Made by a program: the position numbers and the translations under genes. This document shows positions 46,204 to 54,901 of a stretch of 64,000 bases of DNA, in pieces. Under the pieces are notes generated by a model. It was not told the origin of the DNA, did no database searches, and was given only the letters and a program-made list of their open reading frames with translations. Origin of the DNA: a virus (Duplodnaviria; Heunggongvirae; Uroviricota; Caudoviricetes); the IMG/VR virus record IMGVR_UViG_3300020451_002055; one strand, given 5' to 3'. Numbering within the stretch: position 1 is the stretch's first letter; the number at the start of each line of letters is the position of its first letter.

Positions 46204-47454
46204 TCACTCGGGTCTAACCGTAATTACATACTCAGTTCCGGAAGATTGATCCTTCCGGTAATGGTACTTATAGTCGATCTCGGAAACAGAAACCTTGTTC
46301 CTGAACATTTTGATCGTATCAACAATTCCGTCGATGTCCGACCAGCTACTATCGTTGTAGCTAAACATCCATATAGCCTGTTTAGGCAAGGAATCCAGAA
46401 GCTCTACGAAGCTTTCTTTGTAGGTCTTCGCTGCAGCAAAACGTTTGGCATCTTTGATAACATCCCTGTTGGGGCTTCCATAGAACAGAAAGTCTTCTAT
46501 GAAATCATACATAGCAGAATAGTCGCTCTGTTCGCCGCCATACGGAGGATCAATGTATACGAGATCGAGCGAGTCTAGAGCCTCTTTAGCATACTTGTTG
46601 TCCGAACGCAATAGCTCAATCGCATCTGACCTTGTTGTCTTGCATACCCTGTCGCCGTGAACAGGTATTTCGAACAGCGGAATATCATCAGCAGAGAATC
46701 CCATCTCGTAACCAGCGTTCCGCTGATGAGCTACTCGATGCTCATACTTTGCAATGATCTGACCGGAATTCAATCTGCCTCCAACAAAGCAGCAGTTCAT
46801 CAGGTAATGGGTCAGAGCAACAACCGCATTGGTATACGGTATGTAGTTACTGTATTCTTTAGTTGGAGGATCAGGTTCTTTGCCGTAGTGCATCATCCAA
46901 ATGGGCTCAACGCTACTTGTTAGCTTATCAAAGCATATATCAGCAAAGTCTCGGTCATCGGAATTCATATTGCCGCGAATGATATCGAGTCTCTTTGCTT
47001 CGGCTTCTGAGAAGCGCAGAGGACAGTAGTTGTCCAAGATACGAGTGCCCGCAGGCTTACCGCTAGGGTCAAGCAGTTGCTCTGTGAACTGTTTTGCCAA
47101 AGCCATGTTGCCGGTGAACTGCGGAATGATCAGCGAAGTCGCATTGAGATAAGACGAGCCAAGAATGTCATTCGCCCAAACGCATGAACCCATCGACTTG
47201 AAGAAGTAGCCGACGAAGCCGCTGCCGGTGAACAGATCGAGGACATTGCCTCCATCGACAACATCAGAAAGGCCCTCCTCGAACAAGACAGATGCGAGGT
47301 CAACAAGGAGCTTTCGCTTATTTCCGACATAGGGATTCTTCACTCTTTCGAGGCTGTATTGAGCTTTTCTGGCTCGGCTGAGCCATGAAGAAAAGCCGCC
47401 ATCGTCGCGGCTATCTTCAAACATATCGATCTGAACCGGTCGCTTTGAACCCAT
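46204..47454 (-). CDS. D12-class DNA adenine methyltransferase
   Basis: PYVGNKRKL, LDLFTGSG.V, ANDI, VYIDPPY, SYND, TEYVI. Confidence 0.88.
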   Translation of the reverse strand: MGSKRPVQIDMFEDSRDDGGFSSWLSRARKAQYSLERVKNPYVGNKRKLLVDLASVLFEEGLSDVVDGGNVLDLFTGSGFVGYFFKSMGSCVWANDILGSSYLNATSLIIPQFTGNMALAKQFTEQLLDPSGKPAGTRILDNYCPLRFSEAEAKRLDIIRGNMNSDDRDFADICFDKLTSSVEPIWMMHYGKEPDPPTKEYSNYIPYTNAVVALTHYLMNCCFVGGRLNSGQIIAKYEHRVAHQRNAGYEMGFSADDIPLFEIPVHGDRVCKTTRSDAIELLRSDNKYAKEALDSLDLVYIDPPYGGEQSDYSAMYDFIEDFLFYGSPNRDVIKDAKRFAAAKTYKESFVELLDSLPKQAIWMFSYNDSSWSDIDGIVDTIKMFRNKVSVSEIDYKYHYRKDQSSGTEYVITVRPE

Positions 47455-47500
47455 AGACTTTATGTCGTCAGATCATGGCTCATCAAAGAACCCAACACCA

Positions 47501-49036
47501 TCATTTGTAGTCTCGGATCAAGAACTCAGGCTCAGTGCAATAGATGCTTCTACGCTTGTCACTATGGCTGCGAAGATAACGAGTATTGTCAACGAAATCG
47601 ACTACAAAGGCGTCTTTCTTAGCAATACCTGTGACAGGATCTTTGTAAGAGCGGATGACCCTACCGATGCGCTGCAAAGCTCTTGTCTGAGATTTTCCGC
47701 TGCCTGCAAGAATAAGACCATCGAGAGGCTTGACATCTACGCCCTCGTCAAAAATCGAAGTCGCAATCGTCACCTTCGCTTCTCGGTCCCTCATCTTCTG
47801 AATCCATTCCTCTCGCTGCTTGCCGGTATGAGTACCGTTGATGAAGAAGCTATCAGGTATCATGGACTCAAGAGTATTGCCGTGATCGATATGCTTGACA
47901 AGAATGAGCGTCTGGCGACTACTCTTGGTCATCTGATCTGCCAAGTTAGCAATCATCGTATTGCGTTCAAGATTCTCGACAATGCCTTCTTTGTAGACGG
48001 TCTGATAGGAACCCTCAATGTCAAGCCTCGGCATATGGACGAAGTAGATGCTTGGCTGAACGAGTATGCCCTTTTTGATAAGGAAGGAAGCATTGATGTC
48101 TACGATAGGCTTGCCGAAGCAGGCATCAATAAGCAGGTCATCGCCTTCGTCTCTCCATGGGGTAGCCGAGAGACCGTAACGGAAGCGGGCTGCAAGAGAA
48201 TGGTCCGCAATGATCTGGCATGTCTTGGCAGCCCAGTGTTGAACCTCATCGCATATCATTCCTTGGCATGTTCTGATGACGTTGGCGATCTTCTCCTTGT
48301 CAGTCTCATCGTACTTAGAGTTGTCTGCTCCGTCTTCATCATCGTACTTCGTAAAGCGACCGCCCAGAGAACGGACAGCCGTCTGAACGGTCATGATGTT
48401 GATGTCCTTGATGTCGCAAAGACCGCCTCCGATCATGCCGACTTCAATCGGCTTGCCGTCTTTTCGAATGAACCTTTCGAGTTCTGCCTTCGCCTGTTTG
48501 AGCAGGTCAATGCTCGTAACGTAGAAGATGAAAGGCGTAACGCCAAGCTCTGCAATGATACCCGAAGCGGTAGCTGTCTTGCCTCCGCCCGTAGCCATTT
48601 TGACAATGCCTCGCTGCTGCTTGACAGCATTCTTGATGATTTCTAGCTGATAGTCTCTCGGCTCAAAGTCCGGGCTCATTGAGTATCCGTTGCCAACTTC
48701 TACCTGAACTCTAGCATCGATGATTTTGTAGGGTACGTTTTCAAGCTTGAAGAAATCCCTTGCTCTTGATATGAGACCGGTAGGGAAATGCGTTCCATCT
48801 TTCTTGACATGGCAACGACAATACTTGCGGTTGTAGCAGACGGTACTACGCCAGCCGTCCCACTTGGTATTAGGCTTCCCGTCTTTGCCTCGGGGAGCCT
48901 TCCACATGGCCTTGTCGTCTTGGTATCCCAGGGCTTTCTTGAGGCCCTGATAAACGTCCCTGTCGAGTCTTCCCTCTACATAGGTGACGGTATCGCTGAC
49001 TCTAAGAACTATTTCTGAGTGAGCGGTTTGAGTCAT
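47501..49036 (-). CDS. Superfamily-2 helicase (UvsW/XPB-like)
   Basis: PRDYQ, MATGGGKT, DEVQH, LSATP, FDEGVD, QRIGRVIR, DFVD. Confidence 0.9.
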   Translation of the reverse strand: MTQTAHSEIVLRVSDTVTYVEGRLDRDVYQGLKKALGYQDDKAMWKAPRGKDGKPNTKWDGWRSTVCYNRKYCRCHVKKDGTHFPTGLISRARDFFKLENVPYKIIDARVQVEVGNGYSMSPDFEPRDYQLEIIKNAVKQQRGIVKMATGGGKTATASGIIAELGVTPFIFYVTSIDLLKQAKAELERFIRKDGKPIEVGMIGGGLCDIKDINIMTVQTAVRSLGGRFTKYDDEDGADNSKYDETDKEKIANVIRTCQGMICDEVQHWAAKTCQIIADHSLAARFRYGLSATPWRDEGDDLLIDACFGKPIVDINASFLIKKGILVQPSIYFVHMPRLDIEGSYQTVYKEGIVENLERNTMIANLADQMTKSSRQTLILVKHIDHGNTLESMIPDSFFINGTHTGKQREEWIQKMRDREAKVTIATSIFDEGVDVKPLDGLILAGSGKSQTRALQRIGRVIRSYKDPVTGIAKKDAFVVDFVDNTRYLRSHSDKRRSIYCTEPEFLIRDYK

Positions 49037-49289
49037 AAGTCCTCGTCTTCTCTGCTTCTTCGCGAGGACTTTCCGGAACGGTTAGTCCAAGCTGGTATAC
49101 CTGCTTCATCTTTGGCTTCTTCTTTTTCTTCTTGCCCTTCCAGCGATCAATGATGTCTTCATCGCCTTCGTTAGCTCTTTGAGCAGGCACGCCAAAGCTA
49201 CTATGACCCTGGTCTCGATCTACGAAACCTGGTTGGTCATCAAAACTAGCTGCTATTTTCAGAAAGCTATTACTGGCTACTATTCTCAT
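49002..49289 (-). CDS. Small basic hypothetical protein
   Basis: Fills a gap; poly-Lys stretch. Confidence 0.5.
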   Translation of the reverse strand: MRIVASNSFLKIAASFDDQPGFVDRDQGHSSFGVPAQRANEGDEDIIDRWKGKKKKKKPKMKQVYQLGLTVPESPREEAEKTRTYDSNRSLRNSS

Positions 49290-49536
49290 TGGTATTGCCG
49301 TTCCTTGAAACGCGCTCTTCGGACGCATTCATGTAATACGACATACCGTCTCGAATACCTTGAGCCTTTTTCCAAGCCGCAACATGCTGACCATTGTCGA
49401 GCAGATTCAGTACGCTCTCCATATTGGTCGCATAACGACGGAATACATATGCCATATGGCGGTCAAACTCTTCTGGCGAGGACTCGATAATGCGAAGACG
49501 CTGGTCGCCTTGCTGAGTGTTTTCTGAATTGGACAT
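49270..49536 (-). CDS. Hypothetical protein
   Basis: SD AGGAG. Confidence 0.6.
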   Translation of the reverse strand: MSNSENTQQGDQRLRIIESSPEEFDRHMAYVFRRYATNMESVLNLLDNGQHVAAWKKAQGIRDGMSYYMNASEERVSRNGNTNENSSQ

Positions 49537-49545
49537 CCTGTTCTC

Positions 49546-50643
49546 CTACCAAATACGATCTTCGTTTAGAAGACCTTGTAACGTCGATTTCTCATCTACT
49601 TGCATATCGTCAGATTGAATGCGTAGCAACATCTCAAATGGAACTTCGTCTAGGCCTCGAACTCGTCTTTCGTTTTCCACCCGGTTCCATAGATCATCCG
49701 TGATCGTTTTCCAAGTCTCATACACGCCCCAATCCTCAGATCGAGCCGGTTCAAGCATTTTCTCTGTCAATCCTAAGAACCACCAGTTGGTAGCCATCTG
49801 AGCCGTTCTTTTCATGGAATCCTTCGAATCCTGGTAGACCTCGAAAGCGATCTTCTCCAAATCCTCATTCGCGCAAAGAATACTGAGAACCGCAAAGAAT
49901 GAGGCCGCTTCCTGATCATTCGTGAATGACATGCGGACGAAATCAACCATCCGCTCCTTCATATAGAAGTTGCAGAACGTGTCTGATATAACAGCCGGTA
50001 CATCCTCCTCAGAATCGCACATCGAGTGAAGAGCTTCATAGAGAAGAAATGCTGAACGGACAGAGCTTGACTGGACATCGAGGTTCACGAAAATAAACGA
50101 GCCCTCATTGTTGGTCATTCGAGGGCCTTGCTCTGTCTCTTCATTGACCCAAATACAAGCGTCTGCAATGCCTGAGTGCCCGGCAATGATTCTCATGTTC
50201 GAGAACTCAAGACGCTGTGCCGGACAAATGATATTCCTCAGAAGCCCCCATACCATAGGAAACTGGTCAAGTCGCATAGCTATGGCATCGCCATTGCTTT
50301 CGATAGGGTCGATTGACTCATTCTCAAAATCATAAGCTAATCCCCTAATCACCGAAAGAGCGAAGTTAACGACAGCTTGCCTTTCGCTCTCAGAAGGAAG
50401 AGAGACCCCTACAATGCTCTTTAGATAGTAAACATAGATGGATACCATCGCAAACATATTGCGAGTCAAAGACTCCTCTTCCGGCAAGACCATAACGCCT
50501 CCCTTCAACGAAGGTTCAACCTTGGGCTTGAACTCAATACCAAGATCAACAAAGTCAGCATCGAGTTGATGACAGACAATTCTTAGTATTCGGTGAGGAA
50601 GAAGGAAGTCGCTGATGTGAGTTTTGTCATTCCGGTTCGTCAT
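49546..50643 (-). CDS. Hypothetical protein with degenerate zincin-like motif
   Basis: FIFVN...RSAFLLYEALH. Confidence 0.6.
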   Translation of the reverse strand: MTNRNDKTHISDFLLPHRILRIVCHQLDADFVDLGIEFKPKVEPSLKGGVMVLPEEESLTRNMFAMVSIYVYYLKSIVGVSLPSESERQAVVNFALSVIRGLAYDFENESIDPIESNGDAIAMRLDQFPMVWGLLRNIICPAQRLEFSNMRIIAGHSGIADACIWVNEETEQGPRMTNNEGSFIFVNLDVQSSSVRSAFLLYEALHSMCDSEEDVPAVISDTFCNFYMKERMVDFVRMSFTNDQEAASFFAVLSILCANEDLEKIAFEVYQDSKDSMKRTAQMATNWWFLGLTEKMLEPARSEDWGVYETWKTITDDLWNRVENERRVRGLDEVPFEMLLRIQSDDMQVDEKSTLQGLLNEDRIW

Positions 50644-51058
50644 TTTGCACCTCAGGATCAATACCTAAATATCGGAGAAATTCCTCGTAGCTTTTACTGC
50701 TATGAAGAACCCGTTTCAAGGCCTCGATCTCTTTATTCGATATCTTGCTGCCCGAACTCTTGACAGAGGAAGGGTCCGATACCTCTTCTGAGCTATGCAT
50801 TGAGATGATCTGTTCCAGGAGAGCAACAAGGTCAGCTTCGGGATCGCTCGGGTCAGCAATCCAAAGTGATTTCTTAGAGCAACTGGGACAAACATACTCG
50901 AAAGTCAGCACATAGCCGCCTTTTGAGGGGTTATCTTCGCTAAAGTCCTTCTGCCTGACTCCGACGCCAATAACGCCATGAACATGAGTCTCAGCTTTGC
51001 AATAAGGGCATTTCTGCTCATTCAGAAACGGATTCGCCCATGGAGGTAGTGGGATCAT
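50627..51058 (-). CDS. Zinc-finger hypothetical protein
   Basis: CPYC...CPSC. Confidence 0.6.
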   Translation of the reverse strand: MIPLPPWANPFLNEQKCPYCKAETHVHGVIGVGVRQKDFSEDNPSKGGYVLTFEYVCPSCSKKSLWIADPSDPEADLVALLEQIISMHSSEEVSDPSSVKSSGSKISNKEIEALKRVLHSSKSYEEFLRYLGIDPEVQNDEPE

Positions 51059-52277
51059 TAGGGTGCCTTCTCGGATGATCAAGATTGATGTTATAGGAGT
51101 ATGTAATACCCCTCTCATCATGAATACCGAAAAGCTTCTGTTCAGCCCTTGTGCCAGGTAGATTATTCTTCAAAGAGTATACATCAGAACCAACGAACGA
51201 ACCGTTCATTACGACCCTACCGCTATGCGATGTATACTCGCCCGCATTATGGAAGTGACCGCAGACCGCGTAGTGAAGCTTCTTGCCCATTGTGGCCTGC
51301 ATCTTGTTCTTGACTTCAAGCAATCCTTGGATAGGAGTGTTCTTACTCTTAACATCATCTCCATGGCAAAGCAAGAAGTTATGGTTTTGAATATCGACGA
51401 TCTCAAACCAAGACATAGGTATATCGAATGTTATTCTTGGATTGTTACGAAACTCGGTTTCTAGCATTCGATAAATAACAATGTCCCAGTTACAGAAGTC
51501 CTTTTCAACTCCGCTTGGGGCAACCCTGCCATGATTACCCCGAATGCCATAGAAATGAATCTTCTCAAAGATTGTCAACCAGTACCAGATAGCGTCAGAC
51601 AGTGCTTGAACGCCATACATAACCTGGTCGTAAATGTTTGTTGAGATGTAAACCGGAGACCATTTGCCTGCGGCATTCATGCCATCAACGATGTCTCCGA
51701 GGCAAAAAATATGCATCTCAGGAATGGCGTACATATGCGAATGCAGTTCATAGATATCGGCAACAGCGTACTGCATGTTCTGCATTCTTTGGCGGAAAAT
51801 GTCAACGTTGTATTCTGACAATCCTCCGGTCTCTTGCTTGGAATGCTCATGGCCGATATGGAGATCGCTCAAAACGACCCCCATATGCTCAGGAGTTCCT
51901 TCTTTCTGAGATCTTGGAGCCCACTTGCTAAGCTTAGCTTCTGGTCGTTTTTCTATTGCTCTGCAGAGCTTGTCCGCAATGAGGTCGGTTCGAGAGCGAT
52001 GGACTGCGAGACGATTGTCTGCAACAACCTTGTTGTATTCTTCAAAGGTTTCCGTCTTGCGCTTCTTGATTCGCTCCTGAACCTTGTCCGGAATATCCGT
52101 GTCTTCCCAGTTCGTATTGCGATACTTGTCCCAGCATGCTTGTTCAGTTCGCCCAAGAATCTCTGCAATCTGCTTATAAGGAGTGCCCAAGACTCGATGC
52201 TCCCAAAGCGTCGTTGTGTCTTCGATGCTCCAAGGTCCGGTCTTTATCTCTCTACTCTGCTCGTTCGATCTACTCAA
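51018..52277 (-). CDS. HTH/Myb-like domain fused to calcineurin-like metallophosphoesterase
   Basis: WSIED...YKQIAEILGRTEQAC; SDLHIG, LGDIVDG, GNHGR, HGD, GHFH. Confidence 0.85.
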   Translation of the reverse strand: MSRSNEQSREIKTGPWSIEDTTTLWEHRVLGTPYKQIAEILGRTEQACWDKYRNTNWEDTDIPDKVQERIKKRKTETFEEYNKVVADNRLAVHRSRTDLIADKLCRAIEKRPEAKLSKWAPRSQKEGTPEHMGVVLSDLHIGHEHSKQETGGLSEYNVDIFRQRMQNMQYAVADIYELHSHMYAIPEMHIFCLGDIVDGMNAAGKWSPVYISTNIYDQVMYGVQALSDAIWYWLTIFEKIHFYGIRGNHGRVAPSGVEKDFCNWDIVIYRMLETEFRNNPRITFDIPMSWFEIVDIQNHNFLLCHGDDVKSKNTPIQGLLEVKNKMQATMGKKLHYAVCGHFHNAGEYTSHSGRVVMNGSFVGSDVYSLKNNLPGTRAEQKLFGIHDERGITYSYNINLDHPRRHPNDPTTSMGESVSE

Positions 52278-53029
52278 AGCTGCGCTCCTTGTTCTACAGC
52301 GGCATGATATTCATCTCGGAATCGACGCCATACCTGCATGTGAGCGTCAATCATTTCGCTTTTGTGTTTCTGCGTCATTCCATCAGGATTTTTTCGGTAG
52401 TAGATAAGCATCTCTGGAATGTTCGCCATCTGCTTACCTTCAATCAATGCTCTGGCCCAAAGGTCCATATCGGGAACCGTGTAGATACTCTTGTCGAGCG
52501 TATAACCGCCAAGCTCATCAAAGTCTGCTTTGCGGAACATAGTTGTCGGATCGATCATGGGGTTCTGCTTCAAGCGAAGCAAACTCATAACAATCTGCCT
52601 CTGACGTATAGGAGGGTAAGACATAATCCCTGTCTGTTCACTGTCATGATCGATAGAAATCGCATGCCCGCCTACGCAGAACACGTTTTCATGAACATCG
52701 AGATAGCGAACTTGAGTCTCAAACCGATGCGGAAGACTGATATCATCGCCATCATGAATGGCGATATACTCGCCTCTTGCAAGGGCTATAGCCTCATTTC
52801 TCCGCGTAGGTATCTTCTTATTCTCTCTGCTATCTACAAGATCAACCCTCTCATCGCCGCCGACGATATCGCTAACGATCCTCCATGTAGAATCTGTTGA
52901 TCCATCATTGAGCAAAACCCATTGAAAGTCCGTATAACTCTGATCAAGAACAGACCGCAATGATTCCTCAATGAAGCGTTCGCAGTTGTATACTGTCGTG
53001 ATTACTGTCAACTTAGGCTTGGAAGACAT
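52274..53029 (-). CDS. GT2-family glycosyltransferase
   Basis: TVYNCERFI, NDGSTD, ARGEYIAIHDGDD. Confidence 0.92.
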   Translation of the reverse strand: MSSKPKLTVITTVYNCERFIEESLRSVLDQSYTDFQWVLLNDGSTDSTWRIVSDIVGGDERVDLVDSRENKKIPTRRNEAIALARGEYIAIHDGDDISLPHRFETQVRYLDVHENVFCVGGHAISIDHDSEQTGIMSYPPIRQRQIVMSLLRLKQNPMIDPTTMFRKADFDELGGYTLDKSIYTVPDMDLWARALIEGKQMANIPEMLIYYRKNPDGMTQKHKSEMIDAHMQVWRRFRDEYHAAVEQGAQL

Positions 53030-54128
53030 CTCGGTATTGCTCCTTGATCTTTGACCAGTCGTAATCTCTGAGCATAAGCTCCTTGCCGTCTCTGCTCAAC
53101 TGATTTCTTAGATCATTGTCTGTCAATATTGATGTAAGACCATCTGAAAAAGCCTTGTAAACAGGCGTCGAATATTGCAACTGACCTCGCTGCTTCTTAT
53201 CGCTTCTGCAAACAATGCCTCCGGCGAGAGAAGGCACGTTGCCGACATTCAATGAGACATAGGGCAGACCGGCAGCCATACACTCTAAGACAACGAGCGG
53301 CGCGACCTCGGTTTGCGAGGGAAACGCGAATACGTCTGCCTCAAAGAATGCCTGTATCGTTTCTTGCCGCGGAATATTCTTGAGCGAACTCGAAGAATAC
53401 TTAGCCTTGCGGCGCATCATATCATGCCTGCGTCTTAGGGCTTCTGCAGGAGCAAAGTTGACGTTCGTGGATATAAAACAAGCATGGATGTCGGGAACTT
53501 GAGAATTGACCTGCGTTAGAATATGATGCAAATGTTCTTGTCCCTTACCAGGAAAGAAGTTAGATACGCAAAGTATCAACTTCTTATCCTTGGGGATGTT
53601 ATGCATTTCTCTAAAGCTAAAACCCTGCGGCTTGAACTCATTGAGATCAACAGCATTTCGTATAACTTTGACGGGTATATCCATGGATTCGCATGTTGTA
53701 TAATCCAAGTAGTCATCAGAATGAGTTATGACCTGGAAATGCTCATGATTTCGCTGAAACAAAGCAAAAGTATCGCCATGAGCCCGCATATGGTTCATGC
53801 CGACAAGGGCTATGCTCTTTTTGCCAGGTATAGTTTCTGGATGCCTAACCAGAGCAGGCCACATCAAAAACGAGTCGCTGTAAACAAAGGTATGATCGGG
53901 CTTTAACTCTCGTAACTGCTCCATGAAAAGACGCTCGGTCTTCATGTGAGGCATAATGCGGACGCCGTTCTTGACTGTTTCTCGATCAGCCCATTTTGCA
54001 AGAACAATGCATTCCATACCGTAGTCTTGGGTCATAGATTCAGTGACCTGTTGAACTACTTTCTCAGAACCGCCTACATGAAAAGGGGCAGCATGATTGA
54101 CGCATACTACGAGTCGTTTAGGTTTCAT
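53013..54128 (-). CDS. GT4-family glycosyltransferase
   Basis: GGSE, IRNAVD, GKGQ, ADVFAFPS.TEVAPLVVLECMAAGLP. Confidence 0.9.
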   Translation of the reverse strand: MKPKRLVVCVNHAAPFHVGGSEKVVQQVTESMTQDYGMECIVLAKWADRETVKNGVRIMPHMKTERLFMEQLRELKPDHTFVYSDSFLMWPALVRHPETIPGKKSIALVGMNHMRAHGDTFALFQRNHEHFQVITHSDDYLDYTTCESMDIPVKVIRNAVDLNEFKPQGFSFREMHNIPKDKKLILCVSNFFPGKGQEHLHHILTQVNSQVPDIHACFISTNVNFAPAEALRRRHDMMRRKAKYSSSSLKNIPRQETIQAFFEADVFAFPSQTEVAPLVVLECMAAGLPYVSLNVGNVPSLAGGIVCRSDKKQRGQLQYSTPVYKAFSDGLTSILTDNDLRNQLSRDGKELMLRDYDWSKIKEQYRDVFQA

Positions 54129-54877
54129 GTCTTCAAAGCCTCAACAAGGTCTTGACGCTGAGGACGAAACTTTCTCTTTGCCCATTTGGTGCAAAACTCA
54201 GAGTAGCTGTTCTTGAAAATCTCCATCTTCTTAGAGTTCTTACCAAGAGTCTGGTGAGGCAGATGAACAATCCTAGCTTTGTAGTTCCACGCAAGTCTGC
54301 CCTCATCATCCATGATGCGAAAACAGAAGTCGGGATCCTCAAAGTAAGCCGGATTGAATCGCTCATCGAACATACCAAGACGCTCAGGCAATTCCCCTCG
54401 CATAAGCATGCCTCCGCAACCCACATATGTCCAAGGATCGTTCGGTCGCTTTGCTTGCTGCACAGGATAGAATCGACTGTTCATGAGCCAAGCTTCGACG
54501 CCAACAACCCTTGCCCTGGTCCCCTTGAGTACAGAGTGGTGTTGCTCTAGCCAGCCCTCTTGGACATATTGATCGTTATCCAAGAACATGAGATATTCAG
54601 GCTTATCGCTTAGGTTCTTATATAGGTCAAATCCGTAGTTTCTGCCGCCGATGACACCCATGTTCGTAACGCTCGCAGAATAGACCATATTGGCCCGCTT
54701 TCCGGCTTCTTCTGCCAGATATTCGGCAGAGCCGTCATCTGAACCGTTATCAATCATGATTAGCAGCAGATTGTCTTGATCCGTGTTTGCATCGAGATGC
54801 TGCATGAAACGCTTCGTCGTTTCAATGCCGTTGTGAGACAAGACAACTAGGGCTGTTCGGATATCGCCTGTTCCCAT
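54125..54877 (-). CDS. GT2-family glycosyltransferase
   Basis: IDNGSDD, GGRN.G, FLDND, FDERF...YFEDPDFC. Confidence 0.9.
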   Translation of the reverse strand: MGTGDIRTALVVLSHNGIETTKRFMQHLDANTDQDNLLLIMIDNGSDDGSAEYLAEEAGKRANMVYSASVTNMGVIGGRNYGFDLYKNLSDKPEYLMFLDNDQYVQEGWLEQHHSVLKGTRARVVGVEAWLMNSRFYPVQQAKRPNDPWTYVGCGGMLMRGELPERLGMFDERFNPAYFEDPDFCFRIMDDEGRLAWNYKARIVHLPHQTLGKNSKKMEIFKNSYSEFCTKWAKRKFRPQRQDLVEALKT

Positions 54878-54901
54878 GACAGACCTATCGGATGTTCGGC
54901 G

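Noticed and set aside
47462-48646. 394-aa plus-strand ORF
   Set aside because: Lies antisense to the well-conserved SF2 helicase and has no recognisable motifs; shadow ORF.
49002-50643. KIAA/RTAQ peptides as prohead-protease processing signals
   Set aside because: Only two short instances; not supportable from this window.
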